A stretch of DNA of 64,000 nt. It comes from Vicugna vicugna. Lineage: Eukaryota. Under the pieces are notes generated by a model. The model was not told the DNA's origin, did no database searches, and saw nothing but the letters and a program-made list of their open reading frames with translations. The translations under genes and the position numbers were made by a program. The stretch lies in the NCBI GenBank assembly GCA_013265495.1, contig MU058059.1:558001-622000 (forward strand). Direction: 5' to 3'. Within the stretch, counting starts at the first letter, position 1; the number at the start of each line of letters is the position of its first letter. This document shows, in pieces, positions 26,141-38,504 of this stretch.

Positions 26141-28022
26141 GAAAGAAAGGGTAGTTATATTTTCAAATTCCTTTTCTTTGACAGTACACACAGTGATGAA
26201 TTACACATTTTCTGAGTTGATATCACTCATAAATAGACAAGGACGAGCTGTTGCTTAGAGCAGAGCACTAAGAGCTGACGGGTAACTGTGGAGGGACTGC
26301 TGGAGTCGGAACATCATCACTTTGCAAAACTATCATGGTCAAGATTGGATGAGGTCAGGACCATAAATGGAAGAGAAAACTAGGAGGAAATTGTGACGGT
26401 GATCAGGATATTTCCGTGATCAAAAGTGTCTCTCTACAGACCACTTAATTGTAACGGAGAAAAACAGACTGTTATTATCCAGTAGAGAAACCGGCCCACA
26501 GCTTCGCCAATTATTAGCACCAATGGGGGCAGCCGGCTGTCCTGCACTTCAGAGGTGATATCCTGAGAAGGATGTGGCATCACATTGCGGTGTTCTGGCC
26601 GGGAATGGATAATCTCATTCTCATAATGGGGAAATATCGTAAAAACAAACAGCTGAATGTTCTATTAATAAAAAGGTGCAGTTGGGAGTGCAATCTTCCA
26701 AATGTCAGTATTACAAAAGGGAAAAAAAGGCTGTGGAAATGTTTCTGAAGACAGGGCACTGAGGCATCAGGACAGCAAAAATCAGTACCTGACTCTACCC
26801 TTGATTCTGTATTGTAAGGAACAATTATGCTATTATAACAATTTACTAGGTGAACTGACAAAATTGGAATCTGGACAGAAGATGAGCTGAAAATATCATA
26901 CCCATGTAAATTTCTGAAGCTAAGAAATGGATTGGAATTATGTAAGTGAATATCCCTGCCACTGAAGTATTTAGGGGTAAAGGATCCTAATGTATGCAAT
27001 TTACTCTAAAATTTTTCAGGAAAATAATTATGCACATCTAAATATGATAGATGGATATCGATGGACACATAGAAAGGAGAAGAGAGAGAAGAACAAAAGA
27101 GAAACAATCAAGCAAATGTGTAAATAAACAACAGGTGAACTGCAGTAAAAGGCATGTGGGTGTTTGGGGTATGACTTTTACTTTTGCAACCATTTCAAGT
27201 TTGGTATTCCCCCCCAAATTTTTTTAATTTAAAAATTTGAGGGTAACCACAGTAAGAACAGAAGCAGAATTATCATTGCTACTAAGGGTCTCCATATGTG
27301 ATGAGGCCTGAGCTGGGTGCCCAAGCAGATAAAGCAGAAAAGACCTGAGAAACTGTGACAATATGTGTGCTGATCCATGCACGTGAGACAGGATGCAGTA
27401 CTCCCCTTGCCCTGACCTCTGCTTCCATTTGGTGCCCTTAATAGCTAAAGAACACAAGGTGAAGGATGCCGGCAAAACAAGTTTAAGCAAAGGGATAACA
27501 TGAAAGTTATGATATATACCTCCATTACCGAATTAATAAAGTGCTTTCTTCTTTTCTATGTCCCCAGAGGCTGTGTTGTGATGCTTTACTTAACGGGAAA
27601 GATAAAGTCAACCTTACAGTTTGTATAAGAGGAAAAAACCTGCCTCTAAATATTACAAGTGATGTGAGCTGTGTTTGAGGGTTCTTTTTTAGTCACTGAA
27701 ATGTAATCCAGTTTTTAAACACAATTTAGACAATTTTCATTCACCATGTTTCATATTAATACGTGTTTACCACAGTGGCTTAAGTTTTAGATGATTTTTT
27801 CCTCACTTTTATTTCATAAAATATGGGGAAAGTGTCAATAACACAGTGTAACACATCAAAACAAAATGTGCACTCTTGGATAACTCAAGAATGCTTTTAT
27901 GCGACTGCTCTGTTTCGAATCCACTATGAGAACAGATTTTTGTCTTATTTTCTTGTCTTTAGCAAAATATCCAAGCTACAATCGTACTGAAAAGGAGAAG
28001 ACTAATGAGGAGACTGATCTAA
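16751..28022 (+). CDS. Hypothetical spliced 73-aa microprotein (exons 16751-16754, 19109-19170, 27568-27663, 27963-28022)
   Basis: Three strong polypyrimidine-AG acceptors and GT donors with matching phases give MGNIITSVHNYQKLIMTWECGKRLCCDALLNGKDKVNLTVCIRGKNLPLNITSDQNIQATIVLKRRRLMRRLI*. Assembled by eye; no homolog recognised. Confidence 0.2.
17004..17113 (-). mobile_element. Camelid tRNA-Ala-derived SINE (vic-1-like)
   Basis: Reverse complement: ggggagggcacagctcagtggtagtgcatgcttagcacgaggtcctgggttcagtcctcagtacctcca + taaataa...cctaattac tail. Confidence 0.9.
17580..17958 (+). mobile_element. L2 LINE 3' remnant
   Basis: Ends cctgacacacagtagatgtgcaggaaatattaattgaaggaatgaatga, the L2 3' terminus pattern. 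Confidence 0.6.
19233..19385 (-). mobile_element. Camelid tRNA-Ala-derived SINE with TSD
   Basis: gggattgaacccaggaccttgtgcatgctaagcac...ctcagctctaccct; TSD aacttataatattttct (19216-19232) / aacctttaatattttct (19386-19402). Confidence 0.9.
19512..19625 (+). mobile_element. Short L1 3' end
   Basis: gaaaaagaatatgaaaat...gggacattgtgctgtgcaccagaaattgacacattgtaactgactatacatcaataaaaaaaaa. Confidence 0.85.
21629..21754 (+). mobile_element. Camelid tRNA-Ala-derived SINE
   Basis: ggggagggtatagttcaagtggtagagcgcatgcttagcatacaggaggtcctgggttcaatccctagtacctcca; aaattatt on both flanks. Confidence 0.92.
22340..22590 (-). mobile_element. MIR SINE
   Basis: cagacgaggaaactgaggcttaaagac...gcaactttcttaagattatgcagcta. 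Confidence 0.7.
23167..23289 (+). mobile_element. Very young camelid L1 3' end with perfect TSD
   Basis: TSD aaaagcactgatttgaac at 23149-23166 and 23290-23307; poly(A) tail. Confidence 0.93.
24015..24601 (+). mobile_element. L1 3' end carrying a ~100-bp 3' transduction
   Basis: TSD aaagaaatatggt at 24002-24014 and 24602-24614. The L1 3'UTR ends ~24485; non-L1 sequence with attaaa and a second A tract lies inside the TSDs. Confidence 0.8.
25660..25828 (+). mobile_element. MLT1A/B-like MaLR LTR 5' fragment
   Basis: tgtgatgagatttgtgtacccccaaaactcatttattgaagtcttaacccctag...aaagaggtaattaaggttaaatgaggtca. Confidence 0.8.
25890..26151. repeat. Compound polypurine microsatellite (GAAA)n-(GA)n-(GAAA)n-(GGAA)n-(GAAA)n
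   Basis: About 260 bp with only purines on the + strand. Confidence 0.97.
26190..27225 (+). mobile_element. Old L1MC/ME 3' region remnant
   Basis: cacattgcggtgttctggcc..., gaagtatttaggggtaaaggatcctaatgtatgcaatttactc, aagcaaatgtg...ttttgcaaccatt. Confidence 0.6.
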
Positions 28023-28795
28023 TAGTCAACAACTGGCTTTAGAGAACCAATGATGATAATTTTTTAAATTAACTTCCCTCCCAAAAGAGATGGGTAAAAA
28101 ATTGGATGATTTATGGTGTTTTCTTAGTGATTAATGACAAATGGTTGAGATACCTACTTTTTTCAAAATCCTCTTGCTGCTTTCAGCTGAGTGCTTACCT
28201 TAACATTAGACACATTAAATATTTAATGAATTTTATTTGTCGTGTTTTGGTAGGAATCCATTTAGGGAAAATCTTTGTCTCACCAGCCATGCATACAGAT
28301 AGATTTTTACCATTTTCAGGTGTCTGTTCTATCTGGTTCTGGCCTCTCATCAAAATTTTGCTTCCTGCCCCACACACTTCCCACCCCACATCTGATCGCC
28401 CCAATTATTCTCAAGTATTAGGTCTTGTGAAACCATCAAAGCCCCTATACTGCAGCCTTTCTAACATTCTTTATTCATTTACTATTCTGAATTTTAAACT
28501 GCAATACACATAGTTGCAAACTATGGTACAAATAGACCATTGAGAATTTCAGTTACAGAACTTAAACCCCTAAAAAGCACAGACAGCTATATATTAACTG
28601 TAACTTATGCTGTAAATAGCTTTGTCCCTCTTGGGTATGAAATTCAGTATAGCCAAGGTCTCTTGATTGACAAAGAAATATAATACCAAAGTGGAGCTTG
28701 GAAAAACTACTACCCCTCCAAATCATGTTCCTTACATCTTAACATCCCAGGAGACCACAGGGAAGAGACGTGGTCCTGTGACCAGCTTAGAAATA

Positions 28796-29285
28796 CAGCA
28801 GTCCTCCCTGATCTGTGGTTTTGCTTTCCATGGTTTGCTACCCATGGTCAACCACAGTTGGAGAAGATTAAATGGAAATTTCCAGAAGTAAACAATTCAT
28901 AAGTTTTAAATTGCATTCATGCTGAAATCTATGCCCATCCTGCTCCATCCAGCCGGGGACGTGAATCATCCCTTTGTCCAGAATATCCTGCCCATTAGTC
29001 ACTTAGCAGCCAGCCGCTGTCCAGTTATCAGACCTACTATCTCAGCATCGTAGTGCTTGTATTCAAGTGACCATTATTTTATTTAATAAGGGCCCCAAAG
29101 CTCAAGGGTAGTGATCCTGGCAATTCGGATATTCTCTTACTGTGCCTAATTCATGAATTAAACTTTATCATAGGTAGGTATGTACAGGAACAAAACAGTA
29201 TATATAGGGCTTGGTACGATCCACGGTGTCAGGAATCTGCTGAAGGTCTTGGGACACGCTCCCCGCGGGCGAGGGGGGATGACTG
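28796..29285. mobile_element. Tigger7/MER44-like DNA transposon (TcMar-Tigger)
   Basis: TA-flanked imperfect terminal inverted repeats cagcagtcctccct ... gagggggatgactg; MER44-like internal sequence (ttaaatggaaatttccagaagtaaacaattcataagttttaaattgc). Confidence 0.85.
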
Positions 29286-30779
29286 TACACCACTACAGCT
29301 TTGAACTCTGTCTCTGGTTACAAATATACTCGTTAGGCAACAGCCAGAACAGACAAGGAGACAGAGACAGGGGATCCCACTTGGAACTTTGGCTTCTGTA
29401 GGGTTTCAGGTGGGTTACTTAGAGCAAAAGAAGAAAACATGCATCTCTCTCTATAAAGTGTCAGGACTATTTAGCCAAGTTTACAGAATTTTAAAGAGAA
29501 GGCTACACAGTACCAGAGCTAATTCACCATGTCTCAGTACGACTTTGCCCTAATGGGACAAATTTCAGGGCATATTCTCAGTATGAGTAAGGACCTGCAC
29601 AAACAAGGAAATCACCAAATTCGTGTTACACAGCAGAACTTTTATGCCTGAGTTTGTATTTCCATCCTGAAAGACCAAACACTCCCAATCTATGCTCCTT
29701 CTTTTAAGGGAAGGCTAGTCTATGTAAGTCTCTAATGGTTCTTGATGCAATTTAACCATCAGCTAAGTTACATCTGAGAGGAGGAATTAACCAGCTCTCA
29801 GCACCTCTGGCTCATTTCCAGAGACCCAGGAATCCAGTTCCCACAGCCCCCTTCTTTATTCTTCAGGGGATCTGAGTCTGAGCTTAGTCTAAAAACTATG
29901 ATCACCAAACCATTTCTCTTCTACCCAGGCTTCTGCTGGAGCTTATACAAAAAGACCAGGGTCTAAATCTTGTAAGGCAATTACTTAATAACTCATTATG
30001 ACTGCTTCAAATGTTGATGCATTTAAACTACTGAGGAGACATGGCTCTCTCTGACCTCTCTCTCTATAAAATGTCAGTTCTTTCTAACAAATACTGAGCT
30101 TCGCTTATTTATAAAGTAAGTAAAACCCTCAATAATTTTTTTTAAAAAAACCTTTATAATTCTCCTGTTGAGCTTCTTTGTTTGGTTTAATTATCTAGTT
30201 AGCATCACTTAATTTGAAACACCACTGAACGTTTTCAGAGGAAAAGCCACCTCCTCTTAAAGGAGCATTTACAGTGAACTTTTAAACAAAATAAATGATT
30301 TCAGCACTACTCTTCTCAAAAAGTCAAAACCATTATTAAGACGTTTCTTAGTGAGATTTTATTTCTCCTCCGTGCCAAGCACAGGACTGACAAACCTTGT
30401 CTATGCAGGTTGAAAAACAAGGATCATCCATAAAAATCGTCCTTAAAATTATTCGTGAGCCCAAGCATTTTCAGAAGTGAATAACACAGATCCTCAGTTT
30501 TTCTAATAACCCACCCATCTAAAATAATTTATAAAGAAATTACATGCTTTCAAGGATCCCCTGAGGGCTAGGATATTCTGAATCTCCATGGAGCCCTGAG
30601 TAAGGGCACAGTTTTTGATAACATGGGGGCCAAAGTCCTGGACTTGGCTTTCCACCTGTCCATCTAATTTACTGGTAACACAACTGGGCCATTTATCTGC
30701 TCTCCATATTCCTCAGTTTCCACACCCACACAAGGAAGATGGTGTAAGAACCGGCTCCACAGAAACAGAGTGAGAATTA

Positions 30780-31285
30780 TTCTTTCAACAAATACTTGTT
30801 ACATAACTAATATCTGATGGCCATTTGTTTCAAGTGCAGGGTGATGTAAGAATGATCAAGTCAAGTTACATCTTCACTGAACTTACAATCCAGTAGGAAA
30901 AATAAGCAGTAAACAAATAACAACAACAGAGTGGATTCCATCTTGGTAGGTGGTATGAGAGGACACCCAAAGTGAGCAGAGATCGGAAGGAAGAGCCCAT
31001 GCTCTTTCATCACCTAGGTAAAGGAATCTGGGAGAAGGTCATCATGGACAGATAAAAGGCCAGGGGCAAAACCCTTGGGGACTGGACTGTCGAGGAACTG
31101 AAAAAGGTCTATGCAACTGTGATCTAGAAAGCAAATGTGAGACAGAAGCTGTAGAGGAATAAAGGACAAGATCATATAGGCTTACTGTCCACCTTAAGGG
31201 CTTGGAACTTTATCCTAAGAGCAACGGAGAGTCATTCAAAGATGTCAGGTATATTGGTGACAAGATAAGAACGTGTTTTTTAAAA
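30780..31285 (-). mobile_element. L2 LINE remnant
   Basis: attctttcaacaaatacttg...; ttggaactttatcctaagagcaacggagagtcattcaaagat. Confidence 0.65.
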
Positions 31286-31289
31286 GTAA

Positions 31290-31868
31290 ATCTAAATAGA
31301 CAACACGAATAGGCCTATATCTAGTAAGGATGTTGAATTAATAATTAATAGTCTTCCAAAAAGGCCCAGGTGGGTTGAGACCTACCAAATACTCAAGAAA
31401 GAAGTTCTTCCAATTCTCTCCAATGTCTTCCAGAAGACAGAAGCGGGAGAAGTACTTTCTACCTCGATCTACAAAGCCAGCATTGCCCTAATACCAAAAC
31501 CAGACAAAGACATCACAAGCAAACTGCAGACCCACATCAGCAACAACAGACGCAAAATCCTTGAGAAAATTTTAGCAAATCAAATTCAACAATATATAAA
31601 AAGAATTCTACACCACAACCAAGTGTGACTTGTCCCAGATATACCCAAGGCTGGCTCAACATTTAAAAATCAGTTAATGTAATCCATCATATCAATGTGT
31701 TAAAGGAGGAAAATCACATGATGATGTCAATAGATACAGAAAAGGCATCTGACAAAATCCAAGTCATTCATGATTAAAAAACTCAGCAACTAGGAACAGA
31801 AAGTAGGGTTCTCAACTTGGTAAAGAATATCTATAGCTAACATCATACTTAACGGGAAGAAACTAGCC
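31290..31868 (+). mobile_element. L1 ORF2 RT-domain fragment
   Basis: gccagcattgccctaataccaaaaccagacaaagac, caaggctggctcaacattt, tcaatagatacagaaaaggcatctgacaaaatcc (ASI.LIPKP.KD and SID.EKA.DKI motifs). Confidence 0.88.
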
Positions 31869-31874
31869 CTTGTC

Positions 31875-33230
31875 AGTCTCACGTCTTTTGCAAATATATT
31901 CTCCCACTCTGTAGCCTGACTTTTTGTTTTGCTTATGGTTTCCTTTGCTGTGCAAAAGCTTAAAGTTTAATTCAGTCCCACGTGTTTATTTTTGCTTTTA
32001 TTTCTATTGCCTGGGTAGCCTGCCCTAGGAGAACATTGCTAAGATTTATGCCAGATAAGGTTTTGCCTATGTTTTCTTTTAAGAGGTTTATAGTGTCTTG
32101 TCTTATATTTAAGTCTTAAGACATTTCGAGTTTATTTTTGTGTATCGTGTGAGGGAGTGTTCTGACTTCACTGATTTATATGCAGCTGTCCAGTTTTCCC
32201 AACACCATTTGCTGAAGAGACTGTCTTTTCTCCATTGTATATACTTGCTTCCTCTGTCAAAGACTGACCAAAAGTTTGTGTGTTTATTTCTGGGCTCTCT
32301 ATTCTGTTCCATTGATCCATATGTCTGTTTTTATGCCAATACCATGCTGTTTTGATTATTGTAGCTCTGTAATACTGTCTGAATTCTGGGAGGGTTATTC
32401 CCTCAGCTTCATCCAAATTCCTTATTTATCCTTCCCTCATGCATTTCCCCTTAGGTAACCATAAGTTTATATTTTCTGTGATTTGTTTCTGTTTTGTAAA
32501 TAAGTTCATTTGTATCAAATTTTTTAGATCCACATATAAGTGATATCATATGCTATTTGTCTTTCTCTGTCTGACTTACTTCACTTAGTATAATAATCTC
32601 TAGATACATCCATGTTGCTGCAAAAGTATTATTTCATTCTTTTCTATGGCTGAATAATATTACATTGCATATATATATACATCACATCTTCTTTATCCAT
32701 TCATATATCAATGAATACTTGGATTGTTTCTATGTCTTGGCTCTTGTTAAAGTGTTTCTGAGTATCTCTTCTTGCATAGCATTTTCAGTGGTTCCTCTAG
32801 GTATTATATACACTTAACTACATTCTACAGGTGTTGACAATTTACTAGTTTGGTGAGGTAAAGAAATCTTACTTCCATTTATGTCCTCTGCCCTCACCAA
32901 TTTAAAATATAATTGTCTTAAATATTTCCTCTACATTACTGAGAGCCACACCAGGCAGTGTTATACTTTTTGCTTCAACCATCAAAAAGAACTTAGAAAA
33001 CAATAACAGAAGGAGATGAATCTACCTATATTTTAATTCTTTCCATTGTTCTCTTTTTCTCATATTCATTTATTTTCTATTTAGAGAATTTCTCTCAGCC
33101 ATCTTTTAGGACAGATCTCCTGTGACAAATGCTCTTAGTTTTCTTTCATCTGAGAAGGTCTAAATTTCCCCTTCTACTAAAGAATGTTTTTGCCGTATAG
33201 AATTGTAGGTTGACAGTTTCTTTTAATTAC
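31875..33230 (-). mobile_element. Antisense L1 fragments (ORF2 piece ~31875-32405, 3'UTR piece ~32415-32755, older piece ~32760-33230)
   Basis: ORFs 32168-32416 and 32109-32312 give L1 ORF2p motifs ([41 protein letters not shown]). Confidence 0.88.
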
Positions 33231-33953
33231 TTTTAAGATTCTAGAGTTAAAAAAAATTGGTAAAATATTCTTCCTCTTCGCTAGAGATTCATTAGGTCTT
33301 TATATGTCAAAATGTCCTTACCTCTTCTCTTTTTTTTTGCAAGTTTTCCTGCTCACTGTTTCACTCCTACGTTCACTTCCTCCCTACATTCATTTCCTTT
33401 TAGCTTTTCCCACTGAACTGTAGGTTCCTTGAGAAGAATAGCTCTCTTATGCAATTCATTTGCCATTTCGCAAAGAGTTTAGTTCAGTGTCTCTCACATA
33501 TCATTTGTTCAATAAACTGCTGTTAAATTCCAGCCATGGGAATGCTGCATTACAGTGTTTCAGTTCTCTTTTTCCATGAGTGAACTAAACTTCTTAGTAA
33601 ACTAATTGAACCAATGGATCTTCTCTAGCTTCCTAAGTCATGAGCAGGGAATAATTTAAGAGCCAGACTTGCTGAAGAACCTCTCTAGGGTTTATATTGC
33701 TATAGAAACAGGGAAAACTCCTTATCATTTACCATAGCTGATCACTAATTTTCTTAGATTACACAAACAAAACCATCAACTAACTCATACTAATAACCAG
33801 CTACAGAGAATTCCGCTGGGTAGGAAAAACGTCAATTACCTGAAGTCTAGAAGGTTGAAGACTTTCCAGAAAACAGATTGGGTATTATTTCTAATATAAT
33901 TTTTAAATGTTTCAATAGGTTAACCAAAATAGAATTCAGAAAACTGCAAAATA

Positions 33954-34087
33954 GGAGGGAGGGTATAGCTCAAGTGTAGAGTGCATCTTAGCACGCACAA
34001 GGTCCTGGGTTCAATCCCCAGTACCTCCTCTAAAAAAATTATAAATAAACCTAATTATCCCCACTCCCAAAATAAATAAATAATAAA
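33954..34087 (+). mobile_element. Camelid tRNA-Ala-derived SINE with TSD
   Basis: ggagggagggtatagctcaagtgtagagtgcatcttagcacgcacaaggtcctgggttcaatccccagtacctcc; TSD agaaaactgcaaaata / agaaaactaaaaaata. Confidence 0.9.
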
Positions 34088-35029
34088 AGAAAACTAAAAA
34101 ATAATATTTTCTAAATGGAAATTTTACAATAGAAACATGGGCTGCTCTTATCAATATTGCCCTAATTTATAGTAAAACATTGTTTTGAGGCAAATGAAAT
34201 CAAAATACATGGTGAACTTTCACATCTCACAGTGTGGATGACACTATACAGATATGATATTCATTGTCTTGAGGGTTATAATGGTCATGGGAAACAGAGG
34301 ATCCCTGAACTCAACAGTTTACAATTCCAGCCAACAAGTATCTTTTCAGCACCCTCCAGATATTAGGCAACTCTGAAGTGTGAAATAAGATATGGTCTGG
34401 TCCCACAAGAAACTCTACTTCTTTCCAATGCTGCCTGCATCTTCCATCACCCCGTCCCTGTCACACTTACACTGCTTTTCTCCATCATTCGCTTGTAGCT
34501 AGTGCAAAATGTACAGTTCTTATGTGCACTTGACTGGACGCAGGGTCAGCTGTAACATAGGATCAAGTATGAAACGTGGGGGGATGCCGAGTTGTGATGC
34601 TGCATGGTCCAGGAGGAGGAGTGAAGAGCTCCTGATTCCACACGCAAGACTCCTTCGTTATCTTTGGCTGAAATTGGAATCCCGTCTTTCTCTCTCAAAA
34701 CTCCATGATATTTGTGCACGGAGACAGCCCTGAGCCTTCCCTTCTCACTCAGCTAAAGTGAGGACCACAGAAAGGGAGGAAGTGCAAGGAGCACAGGCTC
34801 TGTTCCAGCTGGAGCAGAAACGATTCTTTATTCTTGCCATGGTCCCTGTCCTTGGTTGATTCAAATCCTGGTGAACCATCTCCACCCATAAACTAGAATG
34901 GACCTTTTCCTGACTGTGTGTTTATTTCATTTAAAAACCTCTTTCAGGAGATTTTGGGGAGATGGTGGCTGGGGTGGCAGCATAGATTTGGGACCTTCAT
35001 AAACTGGATCCCTCCCCTTAGTCATCACT

Positions 35030-35030
<1 letters not shown>

Positions 35031-35060
<30 letters not shown>
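35031..35060. repeat. (CA)n microsatellite
   Basis: Perfect CA run. Confidence 0.95.
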
Positions 35061-35064
<4 letters not shown>

Positions 35065-36681
35065 CCTGAAATTGTAGTTCTGTAGCAAACCCCAAAGTCC
35101 ATGGACACATTTACAACAACAAAACTAAGAGGTATGATGTCCCTACCAATCCCGAAATACAAGCAGATGGCGACACATCACCAATAGGCACAGACGTGTG
35201 TTATCAGCGCACCTGTGTGAACGGCGTCTGCACCTAAAAAAAGCAGAGGGGGTCAGAGAGGTTCCTGAAGGGTCTGAGAAAAAGAGAACCCCAAAACAGC
35301 TGCAGTGTTTAACTGCAAAGTGTGGAAGGATCATCTGAGAACCGCTGAAACGGGAAGCAGGGCTACCTTTCCTAATCAAAGGTGAAGGCAGGCCTCCCTG
35401 CCCCAGCACACCCCGTTCCCCCTCCCCTCCCATCCTGGGCCTGGGAGGCTGCAACAGTCCAGCCTGTTGTGAATTCTCAAAACCAACCATACCGGCTCCC
35501 TTGCAGGACAAGACTCTACACCAAAGAGAAACTATTGGGAGTGAAAGCAAAATTTAGCAGGATAAACAAAATACAAAAGAGAAGGATTCTGCATGTAAAA
35601 TGAGGAAGGCAGAGGCTAGGATATTTCAGAGAGCAAGCTCCTTGAGTTAACACTACACAAAAATACTGAGACAGGGAGAGAGGTAGTTCTCTGTAGTCGC
35701 AAAAGCTCTCTGAACCCAGTCTTCCAAATATTTAGGGAAACTAAATTTACATAAAAATAAGCAACAGAATAGTTTCAGGTTCTACACCATCCAAAGTTGC
35801 TCTAAGAACAAAGAAAAGACTGAATAATGTGGTTCTTAGAAATCGTGAAATCCATGCTTAAGGGGAAAAAATCAAACTGTAAGTCCTGTTTCAATACAAG
35901 CTAATAAAGATTAAGGGAAAAAGGCCAGTTTGAAGATTAATTCCAATTCAAGGACTATTTGCTGATCAATCATTAAGTGCAGTCACTATTAGTTCACGGG
36001 GGAGGGAAGATAAACACGGTAAAAATCCCGGCTTCTAAGATCTTACAGACCAGCAAAGAAGGAAACTCAAATTCGCTCAAGCATGAAAATTCTTTTAAAT
36101 AAATGAAAACAGACACAAGTGAGCATTCAGTTAAAATTACCCTTTCAGTTAAAAGCCACCACTAACCAAATTCCCAGTCATTCTGTAGATTTTATTTTGG
36201 AGAATTTGAAAATATTTTTGAGTTTACTATATTCTAGCAAGTTTCAAATCAAAACAGAGATATAAAGTGCTGGTCAAATTGAGTACTTTATTCTGGGGAA
36301 AAAAATACCAAGAGTGTACATTTTGAATGATAGTCTTCAGTCCACTGTGACTAAGTTACAGTAGAAAAGGTGCGTTTTCAGGCATTTTAGGCCATCACTC
36401 GCGTGGGTAGAAGAGGCCAGATGCCCTCGTGATTAAGGAAACAGGGAAGCGAGGTGTTGAGAGCCAAGGGGAGGAGGGAGCGCAGCAGCAGATAGCTGAC
36501 CTCTTTTCCTGCTTTGGCTCTGCAACTTTTCCTCCCATTTTTCCTAACTGGGAGGCACTCCACACTGGGTCCCTGATTACCTATCTTTCCATACCTGGCC
36601 ACAACTGCAAGGTCTGACCTGTAGATGGCACTGCTCTCAACACTGGGACCTGCCCTGCTCCGTGGGGACAGGGCATTTATT

Positions 36682-37123
36682 GCCATTTGCAGATACATGG
36701 ATGGACCTGGAGACTCTCATACTAAGTGAAGTACGCCAGACAGAGGAAGTCAAATAGAAAAATGCCATGCGACATCACTCGTACGTGGAATCTAAAAACG
36801 TGACAGAAACGAACTTACTTACAAAACTGAAACAGACTGACATAGAAAACAAACTTACGGTTACCAAGGGGGGAAGGGGGCGGGGGGGGATAAATTAGGA
36901 TTTTGGGATTTGCAGATAACAACTACGACATATAAAATAGATAAACAACAAGTTCATACTGTAGAGCACAGTAACCTGTAACAAAATACCTTTTAGTAAC
37001 CTATAATGGAAAAGAATACAAAAAAGAGTAACATAGAAATGCATGTGCATATAACTGAATCACCATCTGTACACCAGAGACTAGCACAGCACTATAAATC
37101 TACTATACTTCCATAAAATAAAA
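36682..37123 (+). mobile_element. L1 3' end (cetartiodactyl type)
   Basis: gccatttgcagatacatggatggacctggag...ctaagtgaagt; G-rich tract at ~36868-36889; ...tatacttccataaaataaaa. Confidence 0.9.
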
Positions 37124-37642
37124 CAAGGAGCTTCAGTTCACTCCTCAGTTAATCCATGCCAAATCATCTTTTTCTTACCATTTCAGTCTGATCAAGTGCC
37201 TTCAGCCCCTTAACTAGACAATTTCCTTTCCCAGCACCAAGCTCCCATTTCCCATCCACGCTGGGTAAGTCGGGTCTGTCTGCTCCCTGTGAGTGTGAGC
37301 TTGCCTGGAGTAGAAGACCCTCCGGTGCAGAGGCCTTCTCTTCTATCGGTCACTCCAAAGAACTCTAGCCCAGCCCTATTTCTAGATGCTGCCACACTTT
37401 TTAAAAAGTTGTTTGCTCCATGATTCTCATGAGCTTGGCTCCAGTCACCAGTGGCAGTGCTCTGTTATCTGCTTTTGGACCTCCCTGACCTGTGGCTGTA
37501 CTTCTGGGATACCGTGCTAACCTGTCTGGTTGGGCACTTTTCGCCATTACGTATGGACCACCCCCCAGCACTCTCTCCATCTTAGGGAATATGATGGATT
37601 GTGTGGTCTTACCTGTTGTCATCTGCCTTAAGGTGATGGAGT

Positions 37643-38136
37643 TGTGTGACAGAAGAACAAACCTGACTCCGTATTAGATCTGTTCCTTTGACTCTAAACC
37701 TGTGCTCTGTTTCCAGTGTTCAGTCTTGCTAGTTCTGCACCTTTTGTAAAAGAATATTGCCTATAGCCTGAAATATACAGGAGAGCCTATTCTCAAGACT
37801 CTGACCTTTGAGGACATAACAGTTTCCCATTCATATAAAGATAAAAAGTTGCAGAATAGAAAATAACATTAGTTTTGTTGGAGATTAACAGGGACACCAT
37901 GACCTGACCTACGTGGACAGCTGCAAGAACAAAGGATCTGGCACCAAGAAGTTTGCAACAACCATCCACATCCCCTCCCCTTTTTAGTATAAAAGGAGCC
38001 TGAATTCTGACTTGGGTAAGATGGTTCTCAGTTTGCTGGCTTTTCAAATAAAGTTGTTATTCCTTGCCCCAACACCTCATCTCTCAAGTTACTGGCCTGT
38101 CATAGGGCGAGCAGTATGAGTTTGGACTCAGTAACA
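37643..38136 (+). mobile_element. ERV1-class solo LTR
   Basis: TG...CA ends, TATA-like tataaaa (~37988), aataaa (~38047), near-TSD gagt/aagt. Confidence 0.8.
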
Positions 38137-38504
38137 AAGTGAACATTTCGAAGTCACAGCATATCAGGAATTATCCTTGATTTCTCTCTCACACCCCCCT
38201 ATCCAAGCCACCTCTAAGTTCCATCAATCTTCAAGGCATGTACCACATGCTACCATCTTCACCTCCCTCGGCTGCTATCCTAGTTATAATGACCATCATC
38301 TCACCTGGACAACTGTAATAGGTACTGGCCTTTCCTTTGACTCTTATAGCCCAGTCTCCATGGAGGAGGCTGAGTGCTGACTTTACCAAATATGACTATG
38401 TCATCTCTTTCCTCAGGACATCCCAGAAGCTTTGCTCACATCATAATAGAGTCCAGAATCTTCACCATGGCCTAGGAGGCTCTCTGTGATCTGGTCCCTT
38501 TATT

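Noticed and set aside
25859..26191. ORFs rich in K/E/R or F/L/S
   Set aside because: Translations of the purine microsatellite
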